The position numbers were made by a program, and so were the translations under genes. A stretch of 62,652 nucleotides of DNA, filler included, from Rhabdomonas costata (lineage: Eukaryota): the NCBI GenBank assembly GCA_019059605.1. It is 42 parts of 42 records of this genome, joined end to end, with 100 filler letters (N's around TTAATTAATTAA, not from the genome) between each part and the next. Parts side by side here need not be neighbours in the genome. Positions count along the whole stretch, not along the records: positions 50,804 to 52,198 come from JAHMHO010017236.1; positions 52,299 to 53,692 come from JAHMHO010017237.1; positions 53,793 to 55,186 come from JAHMHO010017238.1; positions 55,287 to 56,679 come from JAHMHO010017239.1; positions 56,780 to 58,173 come from JAHMHO010017240.1; positions 58,274 to 59,664 come from JAHMHO010017241.1; positions 59,765 to 61,158 come from JAHMHO010017242.1; positions 61,259 to 62,652 come from JAHMHO010017243.1; 34 more parts are not named here. One strand, written 5' to 3'. A model generated the notes under the pieces. The model was given only the letters and a program-made list of their open reading frames with translations. It did not search any database and had not been told where the DNA came from. Positions 51,322 to 62,652 of this stretch are shown piece after piece. Numbering within the stretch: position 1 is the first letter of the stretch; every line of letters starts with the position of its first letter.

Positions 51322-52198
51322 CAACGAGTAGGGTCGTTCATCGCCGCAAGCCCCGCATTAGGCACGGGAACGGCTCGAGCAGCACAGCACAGCAGGATAA
51401 CCTTCTGGGGCCCAACCCCAAGAACCCGCACGACCTGAGCAGAGTGGAAAATGTACGACCAATGCATAATGCAAAGGCACACACCCTCCCTTCAACCACT
51501 CCCCACCAAGAAAATCCGTTTGATTCAAAGCGAAAATTGCATCGAGGTAAGTTGAAGCCAGAGGTGCAATGGAGAGGCACATAAACACACAAACACACAC
51601 CGCTGCGTAAACACCCGAACGGATACTGTCACGCACCGAAATCGGCTCGATTCCATATGGCGGTCTAACAAGCTGGTCTCGATTAGAGGGGAGGGTGAAG
51701 ACAACTCTGGCCACACTCCATACAGGTCTTTCCCTGTGAAACACGGGCGCCAGCAGGTGCCTGGTCGGGGATATAAGTATCTGAAGATCGGAGCCTAGAG
51801 CAGTCACAGATCTTAAGAATGATGGCTGCAAAAGGTCCTTTACACACACAGACCACATAGCGCCGCCCTCGGCTCTCTGCACAGAGAACAGAGCCAGAGG
51901 ACTGGCTAGCTCTAAGCCTGTCCTGCATCTTGGTTCTCCAGCAAGTGCTCTCGTCATGACAGGCGGCGGCAATCTCCGTGGCAACCGAAACCTTGCCCAG
52001 TCCCTCACCCAGGAGTCTGCTGGCCCATGGGTGATCGAGGGCGGATCGGCGCAGCCTCTGCCGCAGCAGCAGCCACTTGGGCTCGCTGCGGCTCACCAGC
52101 AGGGCCACTCTCAGCCCCATGGCAGCGGGGCTCATCATGGCAAAGACCAGCACGGCGCACAGGGCAACTACCCCCGCACGCATCCAGAACAAAAACAC
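51322..52198 (-). CDS. Hypothetical protein with an N-terminal signal/TM segment, two exons
   Basis: Exon ...-51992 MRAGVVALCAVLVFAMMSPAAMGLRVALLVSRSEPKW...GLGK and exon 51434-51322 VVRVLGVGPQKVILLCC...; phase 0 join. Confidence 0.55.
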
Positions 52199-53231
52199 NN
52201 NNNNNNNNNNNNNNNNNNNNNNNNNNNNNNNNNNNNNNNNNNTTAATTAATTAANNNNNNNNNNNNNNNNNNNNNNNNNNNNNNNNNNNNNNNNNNNNTG
52301 TTTGTGTGATCCGCGTTTTTTTTGCTGCTGGGTGTCTTTGCCGCGTACTCGATTTGCCGCAACAGTGCACCTGAAACTGTTGCCGTCTTGAGAGTCACGG
52401 TGATGTTCTCTCCCAAAATTGCTTTGCATCTTCTGCCTAGTTTTCGCTTTGTTTGAACGCTTCGCTTTCTGTGAGGAGAGCTTGTGTCGAGGCCTAATTG
52501 TTCTGAATTGAGGCGGAGCGTTTTCAACTTGTCGTTATCAGCTGGTAAATTATTCTCCCGCGGCTAAAGTATTTTTGTCGATGATACTGGTAAGAATATG
52601 GTGAGTGATGAGTATGGCTGTTTCTTCATTAATGTTTCACCTGCTAAAGCTCTTTTGGTTGGATGGAAAACGCGAATGTGTAGTGTGCTGTGTGAAGCAC
52701 CACAAAAGTGTCTGACCCAGTCATGGTTCAAATCTGTAGATCCAGCCAAACCCAACACTCCAACAGAAAGCGCTTGGCCAAAACTGTCCCAACAAATGAC
52801 TGAAAGCGAAAACAGAAGTGGGTTTGTAAGGGAAAATTGTTCAGGGTTTCTTTTTTACAGGTGGGTTTACTGTGGTTCCAATAGAGGGGCTTGAAGCACC
52901 GGCCAGTGTCGGTTGCCGAACCGACCAAGTATTAGATCACGAGCACGAGGTTCACCAAAAGTTTGGTTGCCGGTGCATGACCCTACCCATCTTTGTGTTG
53001 TTTGCGTGCTACTACTGCTACTATTCTCATTTTGACATGACTTGAGGCCATATAGAGAAGAGTGGTCGCTTTTTCGTGCCCATCTCTGCCATTGGCAGGC
53101 GCTCTTCTTCCCTTTTCCCTCCCTTCCGCTCAACTCTCTCTCACTTACGTGTATCTGTGCCCTTCTCCTGCCCCCCTTCCCTGTCGGTGAGGTGTGTGCC
53201 TTTCCCGAGGCGGAAGGGAGGCCGTTAAACA

Positions 53232-53429
53232 ATGACGACCAACGGGGACATTGCCACAGCGCTTGACATCCCATACCCAGAGCTCACCCGGGCGCTCTCC
53301 GTGCACAACCCCGCGGACTTCTTCGGGCTGCGCTCTTCCACCTATCGTGTTCCTCTGCTCGAGACTCCTCCGGATATTAATAGAGGGGCCTGTGCTAGCG
53401 CTCTTTCCCTGCAGGCTCTCGCCGCGGAG
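53232..53429 (+). CDS. Probable first coding exon of a hypothetical protein
   Basis: MTTNGDIATALDIPYPELTRALSVHNPADFFGL...LAAE then a GTTGG donor, downstream of a long pyrimidine tract. Confidence 0.45.
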
Positions 53430-53792
53430 GTTGGCTGTCTTTTGATGGGATTCTCTGCTATCTGTTGCGAAAACTGGGGGTGGCGCTTGGGTGTTACAGT
53501 TGATAGTTGATCGGGTATCAAACGGTTCACGGTGCTTAAATACCAAACGTTTGAATTCGTGAAATACGACGATTAATCTTGATTTCGGTAAAAGGGGGGT
53601 TAGCTGCGATATAATGCTTGGAGATAGTGTGAGAGGTGCCACAGAGAGCTTTGTACTGTTCAAGCAGTGCTAAGCGATTGAACCCCAACACCNNNNNNNN
53701 NNNNNNNNNNNNNNNNNNNNNNNNNNNNNNNNNNNNTTAATTAATTAANNNNNNNNNNNNNNNNNNNNNNNNNNNNNNNNNNNNNNNNNNNN

Positions 53793-54400
53793 GGGGGGTG
53801 TGGGCTGAGGAACGCAGGTGGCGGACGATGGAAAACCACGCATAACCGGGGTTGGGCAAAGCCCAAGGCCGAGCTCACTCCGATTGACATGCCCCAGTCA
53901 TCCAGCAGGGTGTCTGCAGCCGCAGAAAAACTGGGCCAATCCGAAGAGCGATCCAATGTAGAGCGTGGGACCGTCACCAGCACCACCACTGCTGCTGCAT
54001 GTGGGTTGTGAGTTAGCTCCCAGGCCACGCGCTCGCGTAGGCGAGTCAAGTGGGAAGGAAAGGCCACCAAAGGGCGGGAGTGAGTAGCGTCCGCCCAGGC
54101 AAACGAAGGATGCACTTTCCATAAATCACAGTACCCGGGGCCCCAGCGACGATTGGCCTCGTCCAAGAGGTCGTCACCGACAAAATGGGAAGCCGTAGTG
54201 GCTTCCGCAACCGTATCCCGCGCAGCAGCCACGAGACGACGACGCTGCAGATGCAGTAGGGCACCAGCGCCGAGAGCCACCGAGGTGGAGAAGGTGAAGC
54301 CGGCCTGCTCCAGCTCCGCACGGGTGGAGGGGTGGCTCGCCGCCTGCATGCGCGCAGCCCGAGTGACTTCCCCAGGCTTGCCCGTAGTGGGCGTAGAGCC
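53793..54400 (-). CDS. Intronless ORF, possibly transposon-encoded, with a weak adenine-methyltransferase-like motif order
   Basis: RRWGPGYCDLW...FAW...LVAFP...AVVVLVTVP within a long open frame. Confidence 0.35.
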
Positions 54401-55331
54401 CGAAGTCCCGGACTGACGCAGCCGACCCCAGCGGTCACCTCCCTTGCCGTTCCCATGAAGGGCGTGCAGGGCCCGATTCCGAGCCCGCCTCGACGGGGCC
54501 CACACAGCCCCCAGCTCCCAGAAACCGCAGACAAAAATGGAAAACCATCCAGGGGAGCTAGAACCACCAGGCAAACCGAGGGACGCAGGGTCGGACCAGA
54601 AGGCGTACACACAGAAGGCATAGAGACAGAGACAGAAGGAGTAGAGACAGAAGCACAGACAGAAGCAGGAACAGAGACAGAGAAAGCAAACCTACGACTC
54701 AGCTTGACATCAGCAACATGGACACTCAACCCACCAACGTCACTCAACCCCACGCACCCTCCAACATCAACGCTACCAACAGGAACCACCACTCCAGCAT
54801 CACAACCATCAAGCACTACAGGAACGACAGGAACACGCACAGCAGGAAGCACATAAGTAACGCTACAGCCCAGAATGACACCATGACCCTCACCCTCCAA
54901 CTCCAACTCCAACTCCACCACAGAATCCACACCACCAGCAATACAAGCACCAGGAATACGCACAGCACCAACCATACCACCATCAAGGTCAAGAGCACCA
55001 GCCATACCCACAACGTCAGCACCAACACCCACCACTCCAACATCAGACACAGGAAGCACACAAGAAGCACGAACAGGAATCACGACAGAAGCAGACACAC
55101 CAACACCAGCCAACCACCCAACGTTAGAACCAACGCAAGCACCAACATCCAACGCACCAGCTCTAACCACACCACTAACCCCAACANNNNNNNNNNNNNN
55201 NNNNNNNNNNNNNNNNNNNNNNNNNNNNNNTTAATTAATTAANNNNNNNNNNNNNNNNNNNNNNNNNNNNNNNNNNNNNNNNNNNNCTTGACGGCGCCGG
55301 GGCTTCTCCAGCTCCTTAAGAACCTCCTTAC

Positions 55332-55843
55332 TTGCCCCGCACAGGTTTCCCGGTGAGGGATTTCCCGCACTCGCCTCACAAGGGCCTCTGCCTTCTGCCG
55401 CCCTGCATCCTCCGCGGCCTCCTCGGCCTTCTCTTTGTGCTTGCGCACAACCTCCTGCCGGGCTTCCCGCATCGTTTTCAAGACCTTCGAGCAGTCCGCG
55501 CGGGGGTCCTTCAGTCTCGCCAGGGGGGAGCGGCCGTGGTGGAAAGTCCGGGGCTGTGGTGCTCAAAGTTGCTACTTTTGCTACCTGAACTCTCATTTCT
55601 ACCATGTCGTCGTTCCCCAGAAGCGCGTCGTATATATAGGAGGGCCCACCCGATTCCCTCTCTACCGCCCATTCCTCCTCTGCCCACAACTTGTCGCTGT
55701 GTTGCCCAAAGTCGAATGGTTCTTGCGGGGCCTGCGGTTAACATTCTGCGCATTTGCACTGTTTCTCCGAAAAACCTCAAGGACTGGCTGCGTTGGAGTT
55801 CGGTCTTAATTGCCTCCAGGGGTCTCAGGTTTGTTTGTGCCAT
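55332..55843 (-). CDS. N-terminal two exons of a hypothetical helical protein
   Basis: Exons 55843-55776 and 55515-55332 splice in phase: MAQTNLRPLEAIKTELQRSQSLR/LKDPRADCSKVLKTMREARQEVV...CAGQ then GTAAG. Confidence 0.65.
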
Positions 55844-56794
55844 CGTACCTTTTTCCGTGCGCAAATGTCCGGTTCAGCGATGCTGTGAGCTCGACAAGCT
55901 CCGCGCTTTGTCACTGTTGCTGACACAGTAGTTGCTTCCATTTCCCACGAACCTCCTGGTCCGTGTGATTTTGAGCGTGCGTGCGTGGGGTACAATGCAA
56001 GTGCCCCACTCCCACCCCTGGCTGGGCTTGGGCAGCACAGTCCCCAGGCAGCATGAAGCGTGTATCGCGCGGAAGAGGACAAGGAGCAATGGAAGTATAC
56101 ATTGGTGCGAAGGACTGCCGTTCGTGAATAAATGGAGACAAGTTTCCCCGATGCTCTATAGGCTCTCAGTCTCTCTCGCTCGGAGAGAATAGTAAGTGAC
56201 TTCAGCGACGGATGATTTGTGATCGGTGGGTGAGCGGGCGCAAGGTTTATTGATTCCATTGATTCCGTACACAAAAAGGAAACAGAGAAAGCTGGGCAAA
56301 CCATCACTTGCGTTGCTGCCTCGACAGAAACACCAGCGGACTTCACGGCAGTCTAATGATCCCTTGAAGAGATACGCCCACCGCAGGAGCTTCGCTAAAA
56401 ACAGCCTTTGTTTGATATGCCATGCCAAACAAGACAGAAAGACAAGCACACAGCAAAGATGAAGCAAAAAAAGGTACCTCTCCAGAATTCACAACTTGGT
56501 GGGGGGACAACAATTGTCAGGCCCAAGCACGGGGCTTTCTCAACAGCCACACCACTCACGATGCGCCAAACACCACAAAAGTGCATGGTAAAAACACAAA
56601 AATCCTCGTTGGAGACACTCAGGCCAGTCTGGAAAGAAAACAGAATCAGACAGAATACAAAAAAACCAACAAAAACAAGNNNNNNNNNNNNNNNNNNNNN
56701 NNNNNNNNNNNNNNNNNNNNNNNTTAATTAATTAANNNNNNNNNNNNNNNNNNNNNNNNNNNNNNNNNNNNNNNNNNNNTGGGGGGGGGAAGGG

Positions 56795-57200
56795 AGGGCG
56801 TTGAACGGTATAACGCGTTATACCGTGTATGGGGTATGACGGTGTTACGCGATATAACGGCATTATAAGGTCATGGAGCGGTGTTTGTAAAGGCGATTTT
56901 TGGCCATTCCGTTGTCTTTCACGTTGGTCAGTATTGGTGGTACGAACTCATTCCTTGCCGGGCTTTGGGAAACAAAAGGGATTCGATTAGTTTAGTTGCG
57001 GAAGTCAGCCCGCGGCAGGAGCGGGCAGCCGAGGCGGTGGCGTTGCTCGGGAGTATATTTCGATACTGCGTGGCGATGTACTCAAACGGAAGCATGTACC
57101 TGGTGTCTAGGTGGGCCAGGGCCCCGTGGTTTAGTTTCGTCCTTTGTCATATAACACCGTTATACCGTATAATGGCGTTATACCGTTTAACGCCCCCCAC
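56795..57200. mobile_element. MITE-like element, imperfect inverted repeats about 300 nt apart
   Basis: Left GGGCGTTGAACGGTATAACGCGTTATAC...GGTATGACGGTGTTA; reverse complement of right GGGCGTTAAACGGTATAACGCCATTATACGGTATAACGGTGTTA. Confidence 0.65.
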
Positions 57201-58007
57201 CCCAGTGGAGCAGACTCCAAAATCAAAACCTCAATCCGTTCAGGAGGAAAAATCCACCTCCCTCCAGGAAAGCTGTGGTGCTTAACTCTTGTCCTTCAAA
57301 GCAGAGCACACTGCAATGGAAGAATATCACAAAGTGGCCAGAGAAGGCGCAAGAGGGTTGTGGTGGCACATAAACTCGTCAAGTGCATGAAAGAACCAAT
57401 CTGCCACATGGAACCTGCACGTTTGAACAGCTCTTAAGGCATACAAAATGCAAAGACAATGGCACTATTTGTGGTGTGGGCAGAGGTGAGGCGAACGCCC
57501 CGCCAATGATTGCAGGAAAGTTTGTCTGTGTGTGAATTCTCAGCATTGAATGTTGTAGATGTATCCACGGGTGACTTCGAGATGAAGCTTGAGAAGGCCT
57601 CCCAAGTGACACACGGACGCATTGCTTGCGGATTCAACCATCGCCAATCCCAAGGACCGCGAAAAAGACCACCCAAATGAAAGCTCCCTTCATGGGTTAA
57701 AACGAACCACGAACTCCGTGAAGGGGAACGCAACAAAGTAAACATTTGAGTGTGTGTGGAAGGAGGGTCAACCAAGCTCTCAACTACGCATACGGGAATC
57801 GCTCAGCTCGTGGGAATGAGGTTCAGGGAGCGAGGAAGACGAGAAAGCAAAACAAACAAAATGCAGGCGTTCGCGCGTGCAAACACTTACATATACGCAA
57901 AAAAGATGCAAGTGCATTTGGCATAAAAATTACCGAGAGCCAAGCGATACTGAACATGAACGCAAGGATGGGGCTCCCAAACCACGCGTGTCATGCCCAA
58001 CACTAAA

Positions 58008-58150
58008 TTACTTGTGCTCAAATCGGATCACACCATCCAAGGTTGTGCCCGTCCTGCAGAGCTCCACCAGAAGCTTTGTGGGACCATCATCGGGTGCGAT
58101 GCCGGAGGCATTGACCAAGGCCTTCTCCGCGGCTTCTAACTCTCCCGTCA
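58008..58150 (-). CDS. C-terminal TPR-like tail typical of class III adenylate cyclases
   Basis: GELEAAEKALVNASGIAPDDGPTKLLVELCRTGTTLDGVIRFEHK-stop, like the P.D.P....C....DGV.....K-stop cyclase tail. Confidence 0.65.
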
Positions 58151-58522
58151 TGAAGGCCTTGGTCAACCCCACANNNNNNNNNNNNNNNNNNNNNNNNNNN
58201 NNNNNNNNNNNNNNNNNTTAATTAATTAANNNNNNNNNNNNNNNNNNNNNNNNNNNNNNNNNNNNNNNNNNNNGCAATCAGTCACTGCGCAACGCGACAG
58301 AAAACGCAACGGAAGCAGAGCGCGTTTTCATGCAGAGAAGAGACAAAGACAGGACTAGAGTGCAAAAACTGGGAGGGGTCTGCAATTCAGCTGTGCTAGT
58401 TCGAGGACACAAAAAGGATTCGTTAAGGAAATCCTCACTTAAAGAAGAAAAGAAAGGAAGCGACCAGACGAAGCAACGATTGAGGTTCCTCTCTTCCCTG
58501 CGCTTCGCCCTCTCTTGCAAAC

Positions 58523-59376
58523 CGCGGCAGCTGCCGTTGCCACTCCACGTCCCAGCCGCCGTGCACGTCAGGTTGCCTCCGCCTCGGTACCCTTCCCGGC
58601 ACCCAAACGTGCACTGCTGCCCCACCGTCGTGCCCCGCTCACAAGACAGCCACCCGGAGTCCGCAGGGCTGCCCGGGACTCCACAGTCCACTAAGCAAGA
58701 AGCGCACCCCCAGAACCGTTGAGAAGTGAGCAGAGTAGCTATGTTCCAATGGTACCACACGAAAATAAAGGGAAAAGATCTGGAGGCTTGCTTGCACGTG
58801 TGTGATTAGTTGCACACATTTCAGAATGGCTACTTTGCAGCAATTAAGGGAAAATTAGAACACACCCGCGCAACAGTCCCGCGCAGTGCACGGCGGGGTG
58901 CCGCAGCGTTCTGCGGTGGCGTTGCGGGCATACCCCGCGCCGCACTGGTGACCCAGGCCAAACCAATTGCTGCAAGTACTTGCTGCGGAAACAGAGAGAG
59001 ACCGCTGCCAACAATCTGCTAATTTGCAATGACGACCGGGTGGGTGGGGCGCTTCTTGTGCAACAACCAACACTCTTTCGGAAGCGCGGTGGAACACATC
59101 TCTTTCCGAAGCGCAGTAACGCAGACATCGTGATGGTCTGCGGTTTACCAGTCCTTTGCTCGAACTGTGTATGTTGTAAAGAAAAACTCAGCACCGCTCT
59201 ACCGAGCTCCTGAAAGAAAACGTGACGGGACAGGCGTTACAGTAAACTCACACCCAAGCAGCAATCAATCGCCGTGCAGTTAACCGCCGCGCAAAGCATG
59301 GCACTCGCATTGCCCGTGGTCCCCGCAGGGCACTGGTTGCCGGATTGGGCCAGCCACGCGCTGCAATTGGAGTTCT
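58523..59376 (-). CDS. Extracellular Cys-rich protein: two repeated 6-Cys modules plus a Sushi/CCP domain
   Basis: Exons 59376-59254, 58982-58866 and 58690-58523, all phase 1-1; Sushi: DCGVP...CERGTTVGQQCTFGCREGY...LTCTAAGTWSGNGSC. Confidence 0.88.
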
Positions 59377-59913
59377 CTGCGTGCAAGCACAACCGCTCAC
59401 AACAAGACCGCGTTCGTCACGGAAACAAGATGACCACTACACCAACGAGGAACAAGCTTAGCCACCTTCACGCAACTTCACGCGAAGAAAGAAAAGGAGA
59501 GAAAGACGAGAGACCTACCCGCGGTACACTTCGAAGGTTTCGGGGGATTTGCGAGGCTTTCTACCGTACTCCAGAATGGCCTTCGAGGTGGCGTGAACGT
59601 TAAGAAAACGCTAGATCGTTAAAGAAGGTTAAAAAGAGAACCACCAAAAAGATCTACGTCGCGANNNNNNNNNNNNNNNNNNNNNNNNNNNNNNNNNNNN
59701 NNNNNNNNTTAATTAATTAANNNNNNNNNNNNNNNNNNNNNNNNNNNNNNNNNNNNNNNNNNNNTTGTTTTTGGCAACAATGGCCATGCCTTGTACAATT
59801 CAGTTGTGTAGTGCTCTTATTTATTTTGCTCCAGTGATGTTTGCCACCATAATTGGGTGATTGGTGATTCCCCACCCCACCCCACCCCAATCTCCTCTCA
59901 CGTTGCCGGACAC

Positions 59914-60827
59914 ATGGCCTCTCAGCATTCGCAGCCGCCCAGCTCTGTGCAGGGTCTTCCGAGACCCGTCTCCTTCTTCTCTCCCTCTCCATCACCCCAG
60001 CCTCTTCCCCCGAATGTCCAGAAAGGGGACTACAGCATTCCCAGAACCGCTCTGAAACCCCACACTGCTAGCGGTGTGAACGCGGTGCGGCGGTCTAACA
60101 ACCGAGTTGGCTTCGACGGGAATGGTCAGAAGTCCTTCAAGGCACTCTCTGGGGATGAACTGCACGCCGTATTCAACCCAATTAAGCTGGAGAATGCTCT
60201 GCCCCTGATGGGCACTGGGGATATCCTTGGGTTCTATGGCTCGGATGCTGCCGTGGACAACTTTAACCGGACCATGCAGGGCAACTCGTGGTTCAACCAC
60301 GTGGACATGATTGTGCGGGATCCCCCAGATTATGTTTTGACGGATTTTGGCATCCCACCCGGTCTGCCTTTTTTCGAGCGTTAGGTTGAATTCGCGAGTG
60401 GTTTGCTGACGAACTGTACATGACCAATGATAGATGCTTGCGTTGTAAGTTGTGACGTGAGCGCTCGCTTCTTTGGGTCTGTGCCCCATATTACGTAACC
60501 CGGGGCGCCTTCTCTCGAAATTGGCTGTGCTTCAGTCGGCTCGGGAATTCACGATCGTTTTTTTTACCTGCGATACAGCATTCGCTTCATGCAACCCTGG
60601 GTTGGCGGCTGTCCTGACATGAGGCGAGATGTAATTCAGCAGTCGCTTGTACCCATTTGCCGCCGAAAGGGCACTGCCTTTGTTTAAGTGCTGGCTTGTT
60701 CTGTTTTGTCTTGGCAGATCCCACGAACGTATACGTTTTTGAGACGAATGTGGACGAATCCGGTGGGACTTTCATGTACGGCATTCACCTATTTTTGGAG
60801 ATGTACCAAAGGCGACTTCCGGACTCG
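59914..60827 (+). CDS. Permuted papain-like NlpC/P60 (YiiX/YaeF-like) protein, N-terminal exons
   Basis: Exons 59914-60361 and 60718-60827 in phase: TGDILGFYG...SWFNHVDMIVRDP.../DPTNVYVFET; the GD..F...H...E order fits permuted NlpC/P60 enzymes. Confidence 0.7.
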
Positions 60828-61395
60828 GTGCGGTTTTTGACGTTCTTTTTCCGCAGGAATTTAAGTCGCTGCCTTTGATTTCGATTTTTGTCTCGATTCC
60901 ACCTTTTCCACGCGGGGTTGAGTGTGCGGTGCTCATTTTCATAGATTAATGCAATGGGCAATGAGATGTCACTACTTTTAGGGCGATGGGTCACGCCTGT
61001 GAAGATCTAGTGTCTGCCCCAGCTTCCATTAAAGCAATAGGGGAAAATGGGCAATTTTGATGAAGGTGCGCTCGTAGAATGATTTTTTCACCTATTGCTT
61101 TAATGGAAGCTGGGGCAGACACTAGATCTTCACAGGCGCGACTCATCGCCCCAAACCCNNNNNNNNNNNNNNNNNNNNNNNNNNNNNNNNNNNNNNNNNN
61201 NNTTAATTAATTAANNNNNNNNNNNNNNNNNNNNNNNNNNNNNNNNNNNNNNNNNNNNGTGTGGGGTGGAATGGAATTCAGCTTTTCTCCTGATTACATT
61301 GAACTTTGCATTGGTCACATCGAATTTAGCACCAATTTAGCACTCCGTTATCGTTTTGCCTGTGGGTTTTTCGAGCCTGTTTCCTCTGCTTGCAG

Positions 61396-61937
61396 CGGGC
61401 AGCTCGAGAGGCGATGTTGCGTGGGCAGATACCCACCCCTCGCTTGGCGCGGCAGCTGGAGCTCAGCGCGACGCTACAGCGACAGTGGGAGGCCAGCCAG
61501 GCCGCGCTGCAGGCCAGCGTGGGGCGGATGAAGCAGCTGTACGCCTTGGAGGCCGCTCAGGAGGCGGTATTGCCCCCCTCCATCACACTGCGCCTCTTCC
61601 GCAGTACACACGTATTTACGTAGCTGTGGGTTCCCATCTGCTCATCGTCCAATGAGCAAACACAAAACCTGCAAAAATTGTCACAGATCTTATTCTGCAT
61701 ACTGAATCATGTGCAGATATCGATTTCGGTCTGCTCCAAGTGTGCACACTGAAAAGCAAACAAAAAGAAGCAAGTGCATGAATGCAGGAGTATTAGTACG
61801 ACTCTTGTCTCGGACTGCCGTCTTTCAAGGTGTCCACTGGCCACTTCCGCTTTTGCACTCCTCAGGAGTACCGCGATGTTGTTCTGGAGGAGCGGCACGC
61901 TCGCTTCCGGCTGCTGGAGCAATACCAGAAGGCTGAG
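61396..61937 (+). CDS. Coiled-coil hypothetical protein, two exons
   Basis: Exons 61396-61566 and 61866-61937, phase 0: RAAREAMLRGQ...EAAQEA/EYRDVVLEERHARFRLLEQYQKAE. Confidence 0.7.
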
Positions 61938-62652
61938 GTGCTGCCACCAACCCACCCAACCAAAGACTCCCACCCACCCATTTTCTCAGAGCTCCTTTTG
62001 ACTTGTGAAGCTTCACTTCCTATGATGCGCCATCGATGAAATTTTTTGGAAAGCGGTTGGGGTGTGCCCTTAGGTGGATGCTAGGCTGAGCCAGCTCTCC
62101 AGCGGAGTCCAGGAGCTATTCTCCGATGCCGCCCGCAGGCAAGCCATTGTTCTGGCTCAGGTATGTGTGTGTGAATTGTATCGGGTTTTTGCACTCGCTC
62201 TCCACTCTCCCGCTCTCTCCTGAGTACCCACCTGTCCTCCCACCGACAGCCACCTGCCCAACACGTTTAAGACGTGAGCTCACGTGCAGCGCAGTGTTGA
62301 GAAGTTTTGGTGGGATTTTCGTTCTGCCAATCGTGTACTCCCTGCATAGCTCGCACCACTCGGCACAACCGATTGGGGGGTGGTGTGCACATTGGGTGTA
62401 AACACAGGCTGACGGTGTACCTTCTGTGGATTGACTCCACGGTTCATTTCCTCTTTCTCTGATCTGAACTAAAATTCGAACTTTTTTGTGCTGCATCAGT
62501 GAACTGGACTTTTGTTCTTTTTTTTTTTGAATTTATCTGTTTTTCGCTGTTTCCATTTTTTATGGATTTGTTGATTTATGAAGCCAGGGTCACGTTTTGA
62601 TTTGCCAGGATAGCCGCGTTAATTTTTGTGCCTGTCAAGCCCCACAACCAAC

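Noticed and set aside
10471-61151. Other terminal inverted repeats at about 10471-10626, 17735-17826, 20924-21083, 28211-28286, 31387-31430, 38729-38749, 50591-50700, 58110-58166 and 60981-61151
   Set aside because: All touch a contig end, and several copy coding exons backwards; amplification fold-back chimeras.

Overview
This window is not one locus. It is 42 unrelated short contigs (each about 1.39 kb) joined by 41 artificial 100-nt linkers (44 N + TTAATTAATTAA + 44 N), so gene neighbourhood across linkers is meaningless. The DNA is mostly nuclear DNA of an intron-rich, GC-rich eukaryote. Donor sites are mostly GTGTG/GTGCG/GTTTG-like, and there are many adenylate-cyclase, Cache/HAMP, GAF-PDE and receiver fragments plus a CRE-type retroelement. 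Together these suggest a euglenozoan, probably a euglenid (inference). G/T-only contig ends and many end-of-contig fold-backs indicate whole-genome amplification. I reconstructed exon chains by hand with consistent intron phases for glucose-6-phosphate isomerase, TYW1, a TRF4/PAPD5-like polymerase, a CHX/KHA antiporter, 5'-nucleotidase, a tandem-GAF phosphodiesterase, a receiver-domain protein, cyclase fragments, TPR, Sushi/Cys-rich and several hypothetical proteins. Mobile DNA includes a decayed CRE-like reverse transcriptase, an LTR end with an initiator-tRNA primer-binding site, MITE-like inverted-repeat elements and two dispersed repeats. The most unusual contig is 41838-43231. It has no intron structure, carries internal inverted repeats, and seems to be a mosaic of very short mitochondrial gene pieces (nad4, nad5, cob) on both strands. 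All family assignments come from motif recognition, not database searches.
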